From NCBI GenBank assembly GCA_963823335.1, contig CAWGLD010000001.1, positions 1 through 64,000 of the forward strand: a stretch of DNA of 64,000 bases. Direction: 5' to 3'. Shown here piece by piece: positions 17,596 through 28,661 of the stretch. The translations under genes were made by a program, and so were the position numbers. The notes under the pieces are model-generated. The model made no database searches, had not been told where the DNA came from, and worked only from the letters and a program-made list of their open reading frames with translations. This DNA comes from an uncultured delta proteobacterium (lineage in GTDB: Bacteria; Desulfobacterota; Desulfobacteria; Desulfobacterales; B30-G6). The first letter of the stretch is position 1. Each line of letters starts with the position of its first letter.

Positions 17596-18991
17596 ATGCC
17601 CCCCATTTTAACAAGGAAAATCGTTCCAGATCGAAAAACGCGTCCAGAAGGACCTGTTTGTTTAGACGCTGATGAACCGGCTGATGAACAACCCGTTCGT
17701 ATATCGAGAGGAGCCGCTCCCGGTACTTTTCCATACCAAAGTGAGCCACCACGGATCTGCGGTTGTTTTCCAGCATCTCAGGCGCATCATCTCCCGGTGG
17801 CAAAAAGGAAATCAGGGGGTTCAGAGAAGCCAGGTGTGCCTTGGCCCCCGGCTGCGACAGCACGTGTGAGAGAACCTGTCTTTGGTATCTTTCGCTCAGC
17901 AGACCGAAATCAACCACGCCTTGACATGACAGATGGGCCAGATGTTGATGAATACGTTCCGGGTCGACGGGATGGCGATATGTGTCTGCAGCATGAATGA
18001 CGGTCCTCTGCCAGTCCTGAAAAAATTGATCCGCATCAAACCATGCCGATGGGACATCGAGCCGGTCATAGAGAAAATCCAGACAAAGACCGTTTTCCTC
18101 GAAATCCTTACAGATATCCCCGAGCCTTCGCCCCCGCAACATCTTTCCGGCTGTCCAGGGTTCGAGGAAGGAAAAACCAAACCCCTCGGTTATGCTGGTT
18201 GTGATCATGTATGACGCAGCCCCGACCAATCTGGCGAAGCCATGCCGCCGTCCGATTTCGAAGTTGACATTCAGATGTTTTTTTTTCACATAGGCCCGCC
18301 AGTCCCGGTAGCTCGCCATATCCCGCTGGCTGTTTGGCGGCAGTGTAACGCCCAGGTGTTGACCCGGCGCCAGATACAAAGACAGCAGTATGGCTTCGCC
18401 GATATTTTTTCGCCGAATAGCACGGACCGGGTAAAGCACAAGGGATTTTGGGAAGTGTCCCGTTTCAGCAGGCAGGGGGTCAATCGCGTTGGGAATCAGG
18501 TGCACCCCGCTATCCGTCAGACCTGCCTTGACCACAATTCGGCGGTCCCGGGTGTTGATCACCCCGTAATGGCAATCCACCGGATAAGATTCCAGGGAAT
18601 AACTATCCGGTCGCCCGTCTTCTGCAAAATCGTGAATGTGTAAAAACAAATTGACCCCTGATGCCTGCAGTCGCTTGATGCAGCGGATAAAATTCCGGTT
18701 CTTGGCCAGTGTCGGGTTGTGGATATGCAGTACGTCACAGCCCCCCGGCCACACTTCGGACAGCGCTTTCAACACACGCTCGGCAGTGACATCCGCTGCC
18801 GGGGATGGAGTGCACGGCAGTTCGTACCCGAGCCCGGGGATCTCCACCACGCGACAGGGCAACACGGTTCCGGCCTGTTCGCCGGTCAGAACGAGGACCT
18901 CGCAGTTGCCCCGCAAGGCTGAAATCTGCCGTTTCAATACAGTGGTCACACCCCCTGTTTTGAGATGGTAATGGAGAATGGCAATCTTCAT
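17585..18991 (-). CDS. GT4-like glycosyltransferase
   Basis: HYHL..GGV, YPVRAIRRKN, EGFGFSFLEPW. Confidence 0.8.
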   Translation of the reverse strand: MKIAILHYHLKTGGVTTVLKRQISALRGNCEVLVLTGEQAGTVLPCRVVEIPGLGYELPCTPSPAADVTAERVLKALSEVWPGGCDVLHIHNPTLAKNRNFIRCIKRLQASGVNLFLHIHDFAEDGRPDSYSLESYPVDCHYGVINTRDRRIVVKAGLTDSGVHLIPNAIDPLPAETGHFPKSLVLYPVRAIRRKNIGEAILLSLYLAPGQHLGVTLPPNSQRDMASYRDWRAYVKKKHLNVNFEIGRRHGFARLVGAASYMITTSITEGFGFSFLEPWTAGKMLRGRRLGDICKDFEENGLCLDFLYDRLDVPSAWFDADQFFQDWQRTVIHAADTYRHPVDPERIHQHLAHLSCQGVVDFGLLSERYQRQVLSHVLSQPGAKAHLASLNPLISFLPPGDDAPEMLENNRRSVVAHFGMEKYRERLLSIYERVVHQPVHQRLNKQVLLDAFFDLERFSLLKWGAYEE

Positions 18992-19101
18992 GATGCTTCC
19001 CCGAATAAATTCGTTTCACGAATCTAGTAAGCATGACTTTGTGGCGCTGAAAGCCTTGAAAATGGCGCATCACAAATAAAAACGCACCCACTCAGAACAA
19101 A

Positions 19102-19117
19102 TGCTATTTCCATGCCA
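19102..19117 (-). promoter_or_regulatory. Sigma-54 promoter of the GT-HAD-M20-gpgS operon
   Basis: TGGCATGGAAATAGCA. Confidence 0.65.
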
Positions 19118-19436
19118 AATGCCAAATAGCTCCGTGTTATGTAAAAAAACAGCAGCACGGTTGTCGTAAATTTAAATGAAATATCTAATCGTTATGACAA
19201 GCAAGATACAGAAAGATACTGTTTATGACCTGCTTGAAGAGGCTCCCTATACAGTAACGGCAATGAACCGCTGTTTCGGGGGCAATGGCGAAATAAATTA
19301 TTATTTCTTATGGTTAAACTGAAGGAATGATTTCGAATTTTTGCGAATCAGACATCTATATTTTTATAAATTGGCCAGAACCGTTTGTCAAAAGCATTTC
19401 GGATTTTTTTTCGACAAGCCATACCACCCTCCCATT

Positions 19437-21140
19437 TCATGAAAGTGGCGGCCCAGAACCAGGTTCCAGCCATAGCACCTCATAGGGGGACATACTTACG
19501 GCTTGGGCCTTAAAGCTTCCATCACCCAGGATATCGGTAAGAGCGATGTCCGTTTCTGCAATGGGAAGAGCCATGGTCAGTCTCTCGGCAGACAGATTGG
19601 TCAGGGCAAAAAGAGTCTGATCTTGGCAAGAACGCTGAATGGTCAGCACCCGCTCATCGAGAAGGTGAACCTGCATACCGGCAGCGGGGTGAAAGGCGGG
19701 CTGGCGCAGCCGGGTACGGATCATTTTCCGGTAGGCTTGAAATATCCTGGACCGGGTGGTCTGGGAGTCCGCCAGTTCTGCAGCAATGACGCTGGCTGAG
19801 AGTTTCTCCCGATTTACAGCCCGTGCTCTTCCCGTGGCCTCGACACCGGCCGTCCAGTTGCGTGACCCCAGAAGACTATGGATGTAAACCCCCGGGACAC
19901 CAGGCAGTACCAGGGCTACCGCCTGGGAAGCTAAAAATCGTGGTATGTGAAACGGATCATTGGGGACGTCTGGGTTTTTGAGTGCATCGAAATACGTGAT
20001 GTTAAACTCGTAAGGGCTTTCCGAGCCATCCGTTCGTCGGCGGGTGGAAACGTGACCGCCGTTACGTTTTATGCGCTGTGCCAGGCAATCGATTTCAGAT
20101 GGCGATAGTAAGCCCTCAAGAGGGCGCACACCAATACCATCGTGGGAGGCCGTAAAATTGAAAAACGTCGTGCCCTCAGAAAGAACCGACAAGGTCTGGG
20201 CCCATTCTGCCAGTATCCGTACGTTTTCTACGGTTAGGGCATGCAGCAACAGCGGTGCTAGGGTGAAGTTATAAATCACCTGGGCTTCGTCGCGACCGTT
20301 TCCGAAATATCGTACGTTTTCTTCGTGGGGAACGTTGGTTTCGGTAATCAGGGCCACCTGGGGCGCTACCATGTCCAGGATTCTCCGAAACAACCGGACC
20401 ATGGCATGGGTTTTCTCATGGTGGATACAGGGTGTTCCAATTTCCTTCCACAAGTAGGCGATGGCATCCAGGCGGATGATTTCGGCTCTCTGGGACACGT
20501 AAAAAAGCAGGGCCCGCACCATGATTTCCAAGACATCGAGACTCTGGTAGTTGAGATCGACCTGGTCCTCACTGAAGGTGGTCCATAGATGCACCCTGTT
20601 ACCGGAATCCTTGGTGAATTCCGTCAGGAGGGGCAGAGACCGTGGGCGGGTCACCATGGAGAGATCCGTTGTAGGATCGACCTCGATGGCCAGGTTTTCA
20701 AAGCCTTCCTGGTCTGCCAGGTATTTTCTGAACCAGACGCTTTCAGCGGAAATGTGGTTTGCCACAAGATCGATCATGAGCCTGAATCGCTCACCAAGAG
20801 AACGGATGTCTGTCCAGGATCCCAGATCGGACCGGACAGCAAAAAAATCCGTTATTGAAAATCCGTCATCCGACGAATAGGGAAAAAACGGCAGCAGGTG
20901 AAGCCCGGAAAACAGGTCGTTGGCATGATCATTCAAAAAATGGCGCAGGGTCTGGAGTGGCAGCTCCCCTTCCCGCAACAGTGAGTCACCATAGGTTATG
21001 AGGAAGGTATCCGATTCTGAAAAGGAGGCTGCCTCACCCTGGGTGTTTTTCTTTAAAAACGCGTCTAGGATTACCGAGAACCGTGAAAAGGCGGATTCCC
21101 CTTTTGGCTTTCCGTAGATATTCTGCAGAATCGATTGCAT
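19437..21140 (-). CDS. GH13_18 sugar phosphorylase, probably glucosylglycerate phosphorylase
   Basis: LITYGDS, SSDDGF, RLDA, TETNVPH and PYE loops as in YcjM-type enzymes, SHDGIG. Confidence 0.8.
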   Translation of the reverse strand: MQSILQNIYGKPKGESAFSRFSVILDAFLKKNTQGEAASFSESDTFLITYGDSLLREGELPLQTLRHFLNDHANDLFSGLHLLPFFPYSSDDGFSITDFFAVRSDLGSWTDIRSLGERFRLMIDLVANHISAESVWFRKYLADQEGFENLAIEVDPTTDLSMVTRPRSLPLLTEFTKDSGNRVHLWTTFSEDQVDLNYQSLDVLEIMVRALLFYVSQRAEIIRLDAIAYLWKEIGTPCIHHEKTHAMVRLFRRILDMVAPQVALITETNVPHEENVRYFGNGRDEAQVIYNFTLAPLLLHALTVENVRILAEWAQTLSVLSEGTTFFNFTASHDGIGVRPLEGLLSPSEIDCLAQRIKRNGGHVSTRRRTDGSESPYEFNITYFDALKNPDVPNDPFHIPRFLASQAVALVLPGVPGVYIHSLLGSRNWTAGVEATGRARAVNREKLSASVIAAELADSQTTRSRIFQAYRKMIRTRLRQPAFHPAAGMQVHLLDERVLTIQRSCQDQTLFALTNLSAERLTMALPIAETDIALTDILGDGSFKAQAVSMSPYEVLWLEPGSGPPLS

Positions 21141-21263
21141 GGCAATGCGCCTCATTAAAATATGTGGACGCACAATAATATTGACTTTTTTAGTGTTTGG
21201 TGTTTTTTTTTACGGGTTAAATCGAACCAAGGTAACCTATCTATCGAACGTGCGGAAACCACG

Positions 21264-22529
21264 ATGTATATCCCCTTCGACAAGGTTAACAACATCGGAT
21301 TCATCTCCACTCGGTTTTCCGGAACCGACGGTGTTTCACTGGAAACGGAAAAATGGGCCCGTGTTTTCAAAGAAAAGGGGTTTCACTGTTTCTATTTTGC
21401 CGGTGAACTGGACAGGCCTTCGTCTCATTCGCACCTGGTACCGACCGCCCATTTTATGGAGCCGGATATCCGGTTTATTTTCAATGCCGCATTCAGCAGT
21501 CATGCCATCGGGGTGCGCACACGGCAACTGACCACCAAGATTTACGACCTCAAGGAGCATCTCAAAGATGCGTTATACGATTTTATTGCCAAATTCAAGA
21601 TAGATCTTCTGATCCCCGAAAACGCGTTGACCATTCCACTCAACATCCCCCTGGGTCTGGCCATCACCGAAGTCATTGCCGAAACCGGTCTGCCCACCAT
21701 TGCTCACCACCACGATTTTTTCTGGGAGCGCCCGCAGTTCAAGACCAATTCGGTTTGGGACTATCTCAACATGGCTTTTCCTCCCCATCTTCCGACCATC
21801 CGGCACGTGGTGATCAATTCATCGGCCGCCAATCAGCTCGGTCTTAGGACGGGTATTTCTTCCATGACCATTCCCAATGTCATGGATTTCGCGCATCCGC
21901 CTCCCCCCCCGGATGCCTATGCCAGTGATGTCCGGGAAGCGCTGGGGCTCGCTCCGGATGAACGGCTCATTCTGCAGCCGACACGGGTGGTGAAGCGCAA
22001 GGGGATTGAAAATGCCATCGAGTTGGTAAGCCGTCTGGGGATGAAAGCACTGCTGGTCATTTCTCACGCCTCCGGGGACGAGGGGCACGACTACGAACAA
22101 CGGATCATCGACTATTCACGGCGCATGCAGGTCAACACCCGGTTCGTATCTCAGATCATCAACGAACGCCGGGGAACCACTCCGGACGGACGTAAGATCT
22201 ACACCCTCCAGGACATTTACCACCATGCCGATTTCGTGACCTATCCATCGACCCGCGAGGGATTCGGCAATGCGTTTCTGGAAGCGGTCTACTTCCGGAA
22301 GCCGATATTGGTCAACCATTATTCCATCTATACCTTTGACATCAAGCCCAAGGGGTTTTCAGCCGTGGAAATTGACGGGTACGTCACCGACGAAGCCGTG
22401 GAAAAAACACGCGCCCTGATCGAAGACACCCGGCTCCGGGAAGAGATGGTGGAAACCAACTACACCCTCGGAAAAAAGTTCTATTCCTACGAGGTACTTC
22501 GCAATAAATTGATGAACCTGATGGTGTAA
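21264..22529 (+). CDS. GT4 glycosyltransferase, mannosylglucosylglycerate synthase-like
   Basis: IGFISTRFSGTDGVSLE, HHHDFFWER, QPTRVVKRKGIE, EGFGNAFLE. Confidence 0.75.
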   Translation: MYIPFDKVNNIGFISTRFSGTDGVSLETEKWARVFKEKGFHCFYFAGELDRPSSHSHLVPTAHFMEPDIRFIFNAAFSSHAIGVRTRQLTTKIYDLKEHLKDALYDFIAKFKIDLLIPENALTIPLNIPLGLAITEVIAETGLPTIAHHHDFFWERPQFKTNSVWDYLNMAFPPHLPTIRHVVINSSAANQLGLRTGISSMTIPNVMDFAHPPPPPDAYASDVREALGLAPDERLILQPTRVVKRKGIENAIELVSRLGMKALLVISHASGDEGHDYEQRIIDYSRRMQVNTRFVSQIINERRGTTPDGRKIYTLQDIYHHADFVTYPSTREGFGNAFLEAVYFRKPILVNHYSIYTFDIKPKGFSAVEIDGYVTDEAVEKTRALIEDTRLREEMVETNYTLGKKFYSYEVLRNKLMNLMV

Positions 22530-22659
22530 ATCATTTATTTGAAATATCTCGCAATTCTACTTCGCAAAACTTCTAATTTGACCTCCACGCAAGCTGCACC
22601 ACACGCCAATAATATTTTAACTTATTGATTTTATAGATTTATCCATACATTGTTTTGTC

Positions 22660-22675
22660 TGGCATACTTTATGCT
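22660..22675 (+). promoter_or_regulatory. Sigma-54 promoter
   Basis: TGGCATACTTTATGCT upstream of the usp fragment. Confidence 0.65.
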
Positions 22676-22756
22676 AATTACTGAGGCATCAACTCGATAT
22701 TCCCATAACGCGATAGCCCGGAAATATTCGGGATAACCATGACTGGAGGCGACACG

Positions 22757-22927
22757 ATGTATAAAACAATTCTGGTTCCCCTGGACGGTTCCAAACGCGC
22801 CGAAAATATATTGAAACATGTGGAACAACTGGCCTTTAGCTACGGCGCTAAGGTCATTTTTGTCCAGATACTCAACCGGGTAGACCGTCCTTTACTTGTC
22901 ATACGCGCCCGGAGCGTTACCGAATAG
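22757..22927 (+). pseudogene. Truncated universal stress protein
   Basis: MYKTILVPLDGSKRAE start joined to a terminal DRPLLVIR; middle is missing. Confidence 0.7.
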
Positions 22928-22991
22928 GTGTTCTTGTCGTGTGGCTTCGAAAAATAGGCTATTATAAACAACACAGAAAAGGAGTCGTATT

Positions 22992-24122
22992 ATGGATGCC
23001 CTGATTATCATGGTTCTGGCGTTTATCGGATACATCGTCATGTATCCCCAGTCTGTCCTGGCCGTCTGGGTGGAAGTGCCCATCGCCATATACCTGGGCT
23101 ATCTCATCTATAAGAAAGGGGCCAACGTCATGACATGGTCCATTTATGCCGTGATTGCCATGTATGTGTGCGTGTTTCTCGGTCCCTACCTGCCCTTCAA
23201 AATGCCTGCCATTGCCGGCATTCCCCCCACAGGTGTGTGGACCATTATCCTGCTGGCATACGGGTTTATCGCGTCCACCCTACCGGTAACCACCCTGCTG
23301 CAGCCCCGTGATTTCATAAACTCCCATCAGCTGGTGATTGCCATGGCGCTGCTGGTTCTGGGTGTGATGGTGGCAGCCTTCGGCGGCAACCTGAACATCG
23401 TAGCGCCGGCCGTACAGGCAACCCCGCTGGAAGCTCCCCCCATGTGGCCGTTCCTTTTCATTACCATCGCCTGTGGTGCAATCTCGGGCTTCCACGCCCT
23501 GGTCTCTTCCGGTACCAGCGCCAAACAGGTCCGCAATGAAAACGATGCCTTGTTTGTGGGCTACGGCTCCATGCTGATGGAAGGCGCCCTGGCAACCCTG
23601 GTCATCATTGCCGTGGCTGCAGGTATTGGCATGGGATATACAACCAAGGCGGGTGAAACACTTACCGGTGTGGCTGCCTGGACCACCCACTATGCTTCCT
23701 GGGCGGCGGCTAACGGTCTGGGCTCCAAGATTTCGGCCTTTGTGGACGGTTCGGCCAACATGATCATGACCCTGGGTATTTCCAAAACGTTCACCCTGGC
23801 CATCATGGCTGTTTTCGTGGCATCCTTTGCCGGCACCACCCTGGACACGGCCACCCGGATTCAACGCTATGTGATCGGTGAACTGGGACAAAGTCTCAAG
23901 CTGAACTGGTTAACCGGCCGCTACGTGGCCACCGCGGTGGCCGTCGGAAGCGCTCTGATCCTGGCTTTTGCCACCGGGGCCAGTGGCAATGGTGCCCTGA
24001 AACTGTGGCCGCTGTTTTTGGGGTTGCCGGACCAATTCTATACCGCTCATTTTTTGCCCATTCACACAGACATGTTCATGAAGTTCCGCCTGAGGCGCTA
24101 TTCGTATTCGAACGCAATCTAA
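22992..24122 (+). pseudogene. cstA: Carbon starvation protein CstA with internal and C-terminal deletions
   Basis: LLQPRDFIN, PFLFITIACGAISGFHALVSSGTS, GYGSMLMEG, TTLDTATR; N-terminal helices missing; breaks after LWPLF. Confidence 0.75.
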
Positions 24123-24316
24123 CCGGGATGACCTTGGTAACACCATATTTGGCACTGGTGGCCTATTTTCTCCAATTTCCCCGCTTTTATCTTGCAGCAA
24201 CTCTTTTAATATCCCTGTACGCTGTTTACTACACTTACCCTTCTCATAAACGCATTGCCTTTGATGAGAAAATATTTCGGACACCTCATGTGATACCGCT
24301 TGACCCGACACATTGA
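24011..24316 (+). pseudogene. 3' remnant of a membrane protein gene fused to the cstA breakpoint
   Basis: Frame AVFGVAGPILYR...YYTYPS.KRI has hydrophobic helices but no start or RBS of its own. Confidence 0.5.
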
Positions 24317-24336
24317 CGAAAAGAGAAAAAGAGACA

Positions 24337-24627
24337 ATGGTTTCAATGCTCGATAGCTTAAAAAACAAAATGATTGCGGCCTTTAAAACCACCGACGCCG
24401 TTATGCGCGGCAGGGCCGTTGAAACCATAGAATACGAACTCGGTGAGCTGGACAATATTTTCGGGATTCTGGTTCTGGGTACCCTGATCGGGATTCCATC
24501 GCCCCCCATTCATACAACCATGGAGCTGTTACCCCTGATGAACCAGGAACTGGATCTTATGCTGGAAAAAATTTCCATTGCCCAGGATCCGCTGAGCGAT
24601 CTTTTTTCAGTATTACAAATCGATTGA
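24337..24627 (+). CDS. Small CstA/ArsA-associated protein (cory-CC-star-like)
   Basis: ELDNIFGILVLGTLIGIPSPP..TMELLP, located between cstA and arsA. Confidence 0.6.
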   Translation: MVSMLDSLKNKMIAAFKTTDAVMRGRAVETIEYELGELDNIFGILVLGTLIGIPSPPIHTTMELLPLMNQELDLMLEKISIAQDPLSDLFSVLQID

Positions 24628-24636
24628 AAGGATACG

Positions 24637-25506
24637 ATGGCACCCGACATTCATTTTTTTATTGGAAAAGGCGGTGTCGGCAAATCGACAACATCGGCGT
24701 TAACAGCCTTGAAATTAGCCCATGCAGGCCACGATACCCTTCTGGTATCCATGGACCCGGCCCATAACCAGAGAGATCTTTTTCAGGAACCCTTCTCCGA
24801 AAAGCCAAAACAGGTGATGCCTCTATTGTCCATTAAAGAGATAGATACGGATTACTGGATCAAAACCTATTTGAAGGATACCGAGTCACAGCTGAAAAAA
24901 ATGTACAGCTATCAAAGCGCATTCAATATCCAGAATTACTACCGTGTGCTGAAATATTCCCCCGGGTTGGAAGAATACGCCATGCTGCTCGCGTTTGAAA
25001 ACATACTTCACACAACAACGAAGATAAATGTAATTATTTTCGACATGCCCCCTACGGCGCTGACCCTGCGGTTTTTTTCGCTACCGTTCATTTCCCTTGT
25101 CTGGTTGAAAGAGTTGTTACAGCTGAGAAATACAATTTATGAGAAAAAAGAAATTGTTTCCAAAATTAAACTTGGGCACAAAAAAATCGAGCAGGACAAG
25201 GTGAAGACCAGATTGGAAACATTGATCGAAAGCCATAAGTGTCTGAAAGATCTTTTTTTCTCTGAAACCACCCACATCAACCTGGTACTTAACAATGATC
25301 CATTGTCCCTGGCGGAAGCCGTCCGGATTCAACAAAAGCTCAAGGACATCGGCATCGGGATCCGTTCGATAATTCTAAACAAAGTGAATAGTGACATCGC
25401 CGGCGCCTTTTATGGATACACCATCAAGCTTTTCCCCGACAGTTCCCGGGACCTTTACGGTATGGACGCACTAAAAGCCTATATCTTAGAGAATCGTGAG
25501 TTATAA
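24637..25506 (+). CDS. ArsA/GET3-family ATPase
   Basis: GKGGVGKST, SMDPAHN, SPGLEE, FDMPPT. Confidence 0.85.
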   Translation: MAPDIHFFIGKGGVGKSTTSALTALKLAHAGHDTLLVSMDPAHNQRDLFQEPFSEKPKQVMPLLSIKEIDTDYWIKTYLKDTESQLKKMYSYQSAFNIQNYYRVLKYSPGLEEYAMLLAFENILHTTTKINVIIFDMPPTALTLRFFSLPFISLVWLKELLQLRNTIYEKKEIVSKIKLGHKKIEQDKVKTRLETLIESHKCLKDLFFSETTHINLVLNNDPLSLAEAVRIQQKLKDIGIGIRSIILNKVNSDIAGAFYGYTIKLFPDSSRDLYGMDALKAYILENREL

Positions 25507-25720
25507 TTATCAGGATTCGTTTACAATCGGAAGCGGTGTTGGGGAAGATATGCCAGGCACATGGTTTTAGATTTGCAAGCATGCCATTTGAAAATGGCAC
25601 CCTGCTCTATTTCAAGGCAGTCTTGGCCTGAACCGAAACAGTGTATGCATTTATTTGTACCGGGCAACCATTCTCCCGAATCATAAATTAGATTTCCGGT
25701 GTTTATGCCACCACCGATTT

Positions 25721-27583
25721 TTAATCGTCATAAAAAGATGTCTGTATTTCATAAACACCGTTGTATAAATGCGCTTTAACAGGGCAATCCCCTTTCTGCA
25801 ACACCTTCATAGCTGCAATATTTGAGAATAAAACCTCTGCCAGGAACCCCTTCAGACCCCGCTCTTTAGCCAGGCGTATGAGCATCTTATAGAGAAATGA
25901 AGCGATTCCGAGTCGCTGATATTGCTCATCCACGATGAAAACGACTTCGGCATACGGCTTGCCGGGGATTCTGATGTAGCGTGCTTCGGCTATGATGCGC
26001 CCTTGACCTTCTTCCCCTAAAAGCCCGACGATGGAGATCGTCTGGTTCCAGTCAATATTCACATATTCCTGCATTTTCGGATGGGGCATACTTCTGATGG
26101 CCTGCAGGTAGCGGTAATAAATACCCGTATCTGAAAATCTATAGAATAAATGCCGCATGCCCTCTTCATCGGAAGGTTTGATACCGCGAAACCTGATTTT
26201 GAGATTGTTCCTGGTCAATAACGTTGTAGCAATGCTTGAGGGATAGAAACGGGCGCTATTTAAAAGAAAGATTTGATCGTCATACAATATCTTACCGTCC
26301 TTGGCTTTCTGCACAAGATATGGACGGTCGTCCGGATGAGCGATATCGATGAGAGCCTGGGCCCGTTCCCTAACGGTTCTGCCTTCTAAATAAGCCACGC
26401 CGTATTCTGTGACAACTTCCACGACTGATTCAAACGCATCAAAACGGTTTTGGTGATTGACAATGGACGGCAGTATATTCGGTTCGCCGTTTGGGTCGCG
26501 ACTTGTCAGGGCAAAGATGGAACGTCCGCCCTCCGACAACTCGGCACCTTTTGAGAAATCCATAACTTCGGCCGGGCCGCTGGCAATGTTACCCTTGCCA
26601 ACAAATAGTCCGATACGGCCGTTCAGGTCCACTTTCCTGGCAGAGACGATCATAATGAATTTTGGATTACGTCCTATTATCAACGGGTTAAAAACTTTGT
26701 CGATCCGTTGGAACTCAACCAGGGGATTGTTGTTCAGCCATTCCATCAAAACGGGAGTGCCGAGAGCATAAGACGTCAGTGCTTTTCCCCGATATGTTTC
26801 CTTGCGTTGGTTTGTGGCAGCCCCGCATTTCATCAGGTCCATGAGCGGGTCGGTGAAAAAGGGCGAATGAATTCCCAGATGGCGTTTTGTCGACAGGTGT
26901 ACGGCCAAAGATTCGTACAGTGGTCCGATTGAAAAAGAAATACAACTGTTATCATCAATCAGAGACGCCACATGCTCTGCTACCTGGCCCCAGGCACTAT
27001 CGATCTCCCAGCGATCGAAATATATGGGAGGATCCGTGGAACGGACCAAAAAATCAAATTCAGATACCTTCACAAAGGTATCTCCAAATGTTCGAGGTAT
27101 TTGGGTGTTTATTTCACCCACACAAATCGATGCCTGCTCCATGGCTTCTCGGGCCACATCAACAGCGATTCCAAAACTGCAAAACTCATTCTTGTCAGGA
27201 GGTGTAATTTGAAGAATGGCCACGTCGATAGGATTTAGAAAAGATTTGATCAACTTGGGTATTCTCACGAACCGACTCGGTATCAAATCCACGCGCCCTT
27301 CTTTAATGGCCTCGTCCGCCACCCATCCGGAGAAGAAGGTCTTCAATCGATAATTCCTGGATTGGAGGGCCTGTGGGGAAAGGATGTCTCCGAAACTGAC
27401 CAGCTGGATCAGTTCGAGGTCTTCTACCTGTTTGCTTTCAGCAGCCATAAGGTGTCGAACCATGGTTCGGGGTTCGGCGGCCGCGGTTCCCAGGAAGATA
27501 CTCATTCCGGGTTTGATCCGATCAATCACCGTTTCCGGAGATACGATCATGGATTTCCAATGGGTGTTTGTATTCGTTCCCAT
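25721..27583 (-). CDS. Acetyl-CoA hydrolase/CoA-transferase fused to a GNAT domain
   Basis: AAEP, QITPPD, FGDTF, VVTEYGVA, RAQALIDIAHPDDR; C-terminal GNAT YQRLGIA. Confidence 0.85.
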   Translation of the reverse strand: MGTNTNTHWKSMIVSPETVIDRIKPGMSIFLGTAAAEPRTMVRHLMAAESKQVEDLELIQLVSFGDILSPQALQSRNYRLKTFFSGWVADEAIKEGRVDLIPSRFVRIPKLIKSFLNPIDVAILQITPPDKNEFCSFGIAVDVAREAMEQASICVGEINTQIPRTFGDTFVKVSEFDFLVRSTDPPIYFDRWEIDSAWGQVAEHVASLIDDNSCISFSIGPLYESLAVHLSTKRHLGIHSPFFTDPLMDLMKCGAATNQRKETYRGKALTSYALGTPVLMEWLNNNPLVEFQRIDKVFNPLIIGRNPKFIMIVSARKVDLNGRIGLFVGKGNIASGPAEVMDFSKGAELSEGGRSIFALTSRDPNGEPNILPSIVNHQNRFDAFESVVEVVTEYGVAYLEGRTVRERAQALIDIAHPDDRPYLVQKAKDGKILYDDQIFLLNSARFYPSSIATTLLTRNNLKIRFRGIKPSDEEGMRHLFYRFSDTGIYYRYLQAIRSMPHPKMQEYVNIDWNQTISIVGLLGEEGQGRIIAEARYIRIPGKPYAEVVFIVDEQYQRLGIASFLYKMLIRLAKERGLKGFLAEVLFSNIAAMKVLQKGDCPVKAHLYNGVYEIQTSFYDD

Positions 27584-27716
27584 CAATTCCCTTTAACGGT
27601 ATTTTATCATTCCAGATAATTCCATTGCTTAACTCATCCGGACGAATGTCGGGCTATACTCATATGGGTGAATTGATGGCCTGGCACGGAGATGGCGTTC
27701 CCTGTCACGGCTCAGA

Positions 27717-28661
27717 CTATTCCGTTTCAAGCATGGTCCGGATAGTGTCAATTTTCTCCTTTGCCTTGGCATACCCTTCTTCGATGGTATGCTCGACCTG
27801 GTCAAAATCAAGCATTTTTAATTCCCCAAGGTGAGGCCGTATCAGAACGTCGGGTGGGGTCACGGCGAGATTTATTCGGTTTATCCGATCCTGCATGATG
27901 GCGATGGAGGTTGTGACCGTTTCGATGATATCCGGTGTCGATGCTTCTTTTTTAAACAGCTCATTGATTTTGCTTTTAAAGCTGAATTCTGCAGTTTCAT
28001 AATATGCTGTCAGCTTTTGAATGAGCTCGTTCTTATGAACCGCTTGTTTCACCGGCGTCTCTTCACTTTGGGTTTTCTGTTTTTTGCGCTTTTTCTTGGA
28101 GACCGTCCCGCTGCTGAGATCGACGGCAATCACTACATCCGCTCCCATTGACCGGGCCACACTTACCGGCACCGGGTCCACCAGACCGCCATCCACGAGC
28201 CAGCGATCCTTTATCCATGCCGGCGCAAACAGTCCCGGCATGGACATGCTGGCCCTGAGAGCATCCAAGATGTCCCCGGATTTCAAGACCACTTTTTGCC
28301 CTGTTTCGAGATCTGTGGCAACCATCATAATGGGAATTTTCAACTCAGAAAAGTTTTGTACATCGGTGTGTACCGAAAAAAGTTCTCTCAGTCTTTTGGT
28401 ACCGTTTAAAATACCAGACCGCGGAAGCACAATGTCAAAATAGGAAAAGATTTTTTTGCCATCCATTTTGAGAACAAATTTCTTGAGGCTCTGGATGCTT
28501 CCACTGGCATAGATAGCCCCGACATAGGCCCCGACACTGCATCCGACAATGAAGTCGATGGGGATATTCTCTTCCTCCAAAGCCTCGATGGCTCCGATAT
28601 GGGCCCAACCGCGTGAAGAGCCGCAACCCAGGACCAGACCGACTGTTTTTTTCTGTAGCAT
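27717..28661 (-). CDS. Patatin-like phospholipase (RssA-like)
   Basis: GCGSSRGWAHIG, GCSVG, DGG. Confidence 0.85.
   Translation of the reverse strand: MLQKKTVGLVLGCGSSRGWAHIGAIEALEEENIPIDFIVGCSVGAYVGAIYASGSIQSLKKFVLKMDGKKIFSYFDIVLPRSGILNGTKRLRELFSVHTDVQNFSELKIPIMMVATDLETGQKVVLKSGDILDALRASMSMPGLFAPAWIKDRWLVDGGLVDPVPVSVARSMGADVVIAVDLSSGTVSKKKRKKQKTQSEETPVKQAVHKNELIQKLTAYYETAEFSFKSKINELFKKEASTPDIIETVTTSIAIMQDRINRINLAVTPPDVLIRPHLGELKMLDFDQVEHTIEEGYAKAKEKIDTIRTMLETE

Noticed and set aside
24637-25506. Arsenic-resistance operon
   Set aside because: Single-domain ArsA-like ATPase without arsB/acr3/arsC/arsR; the context is cstA.
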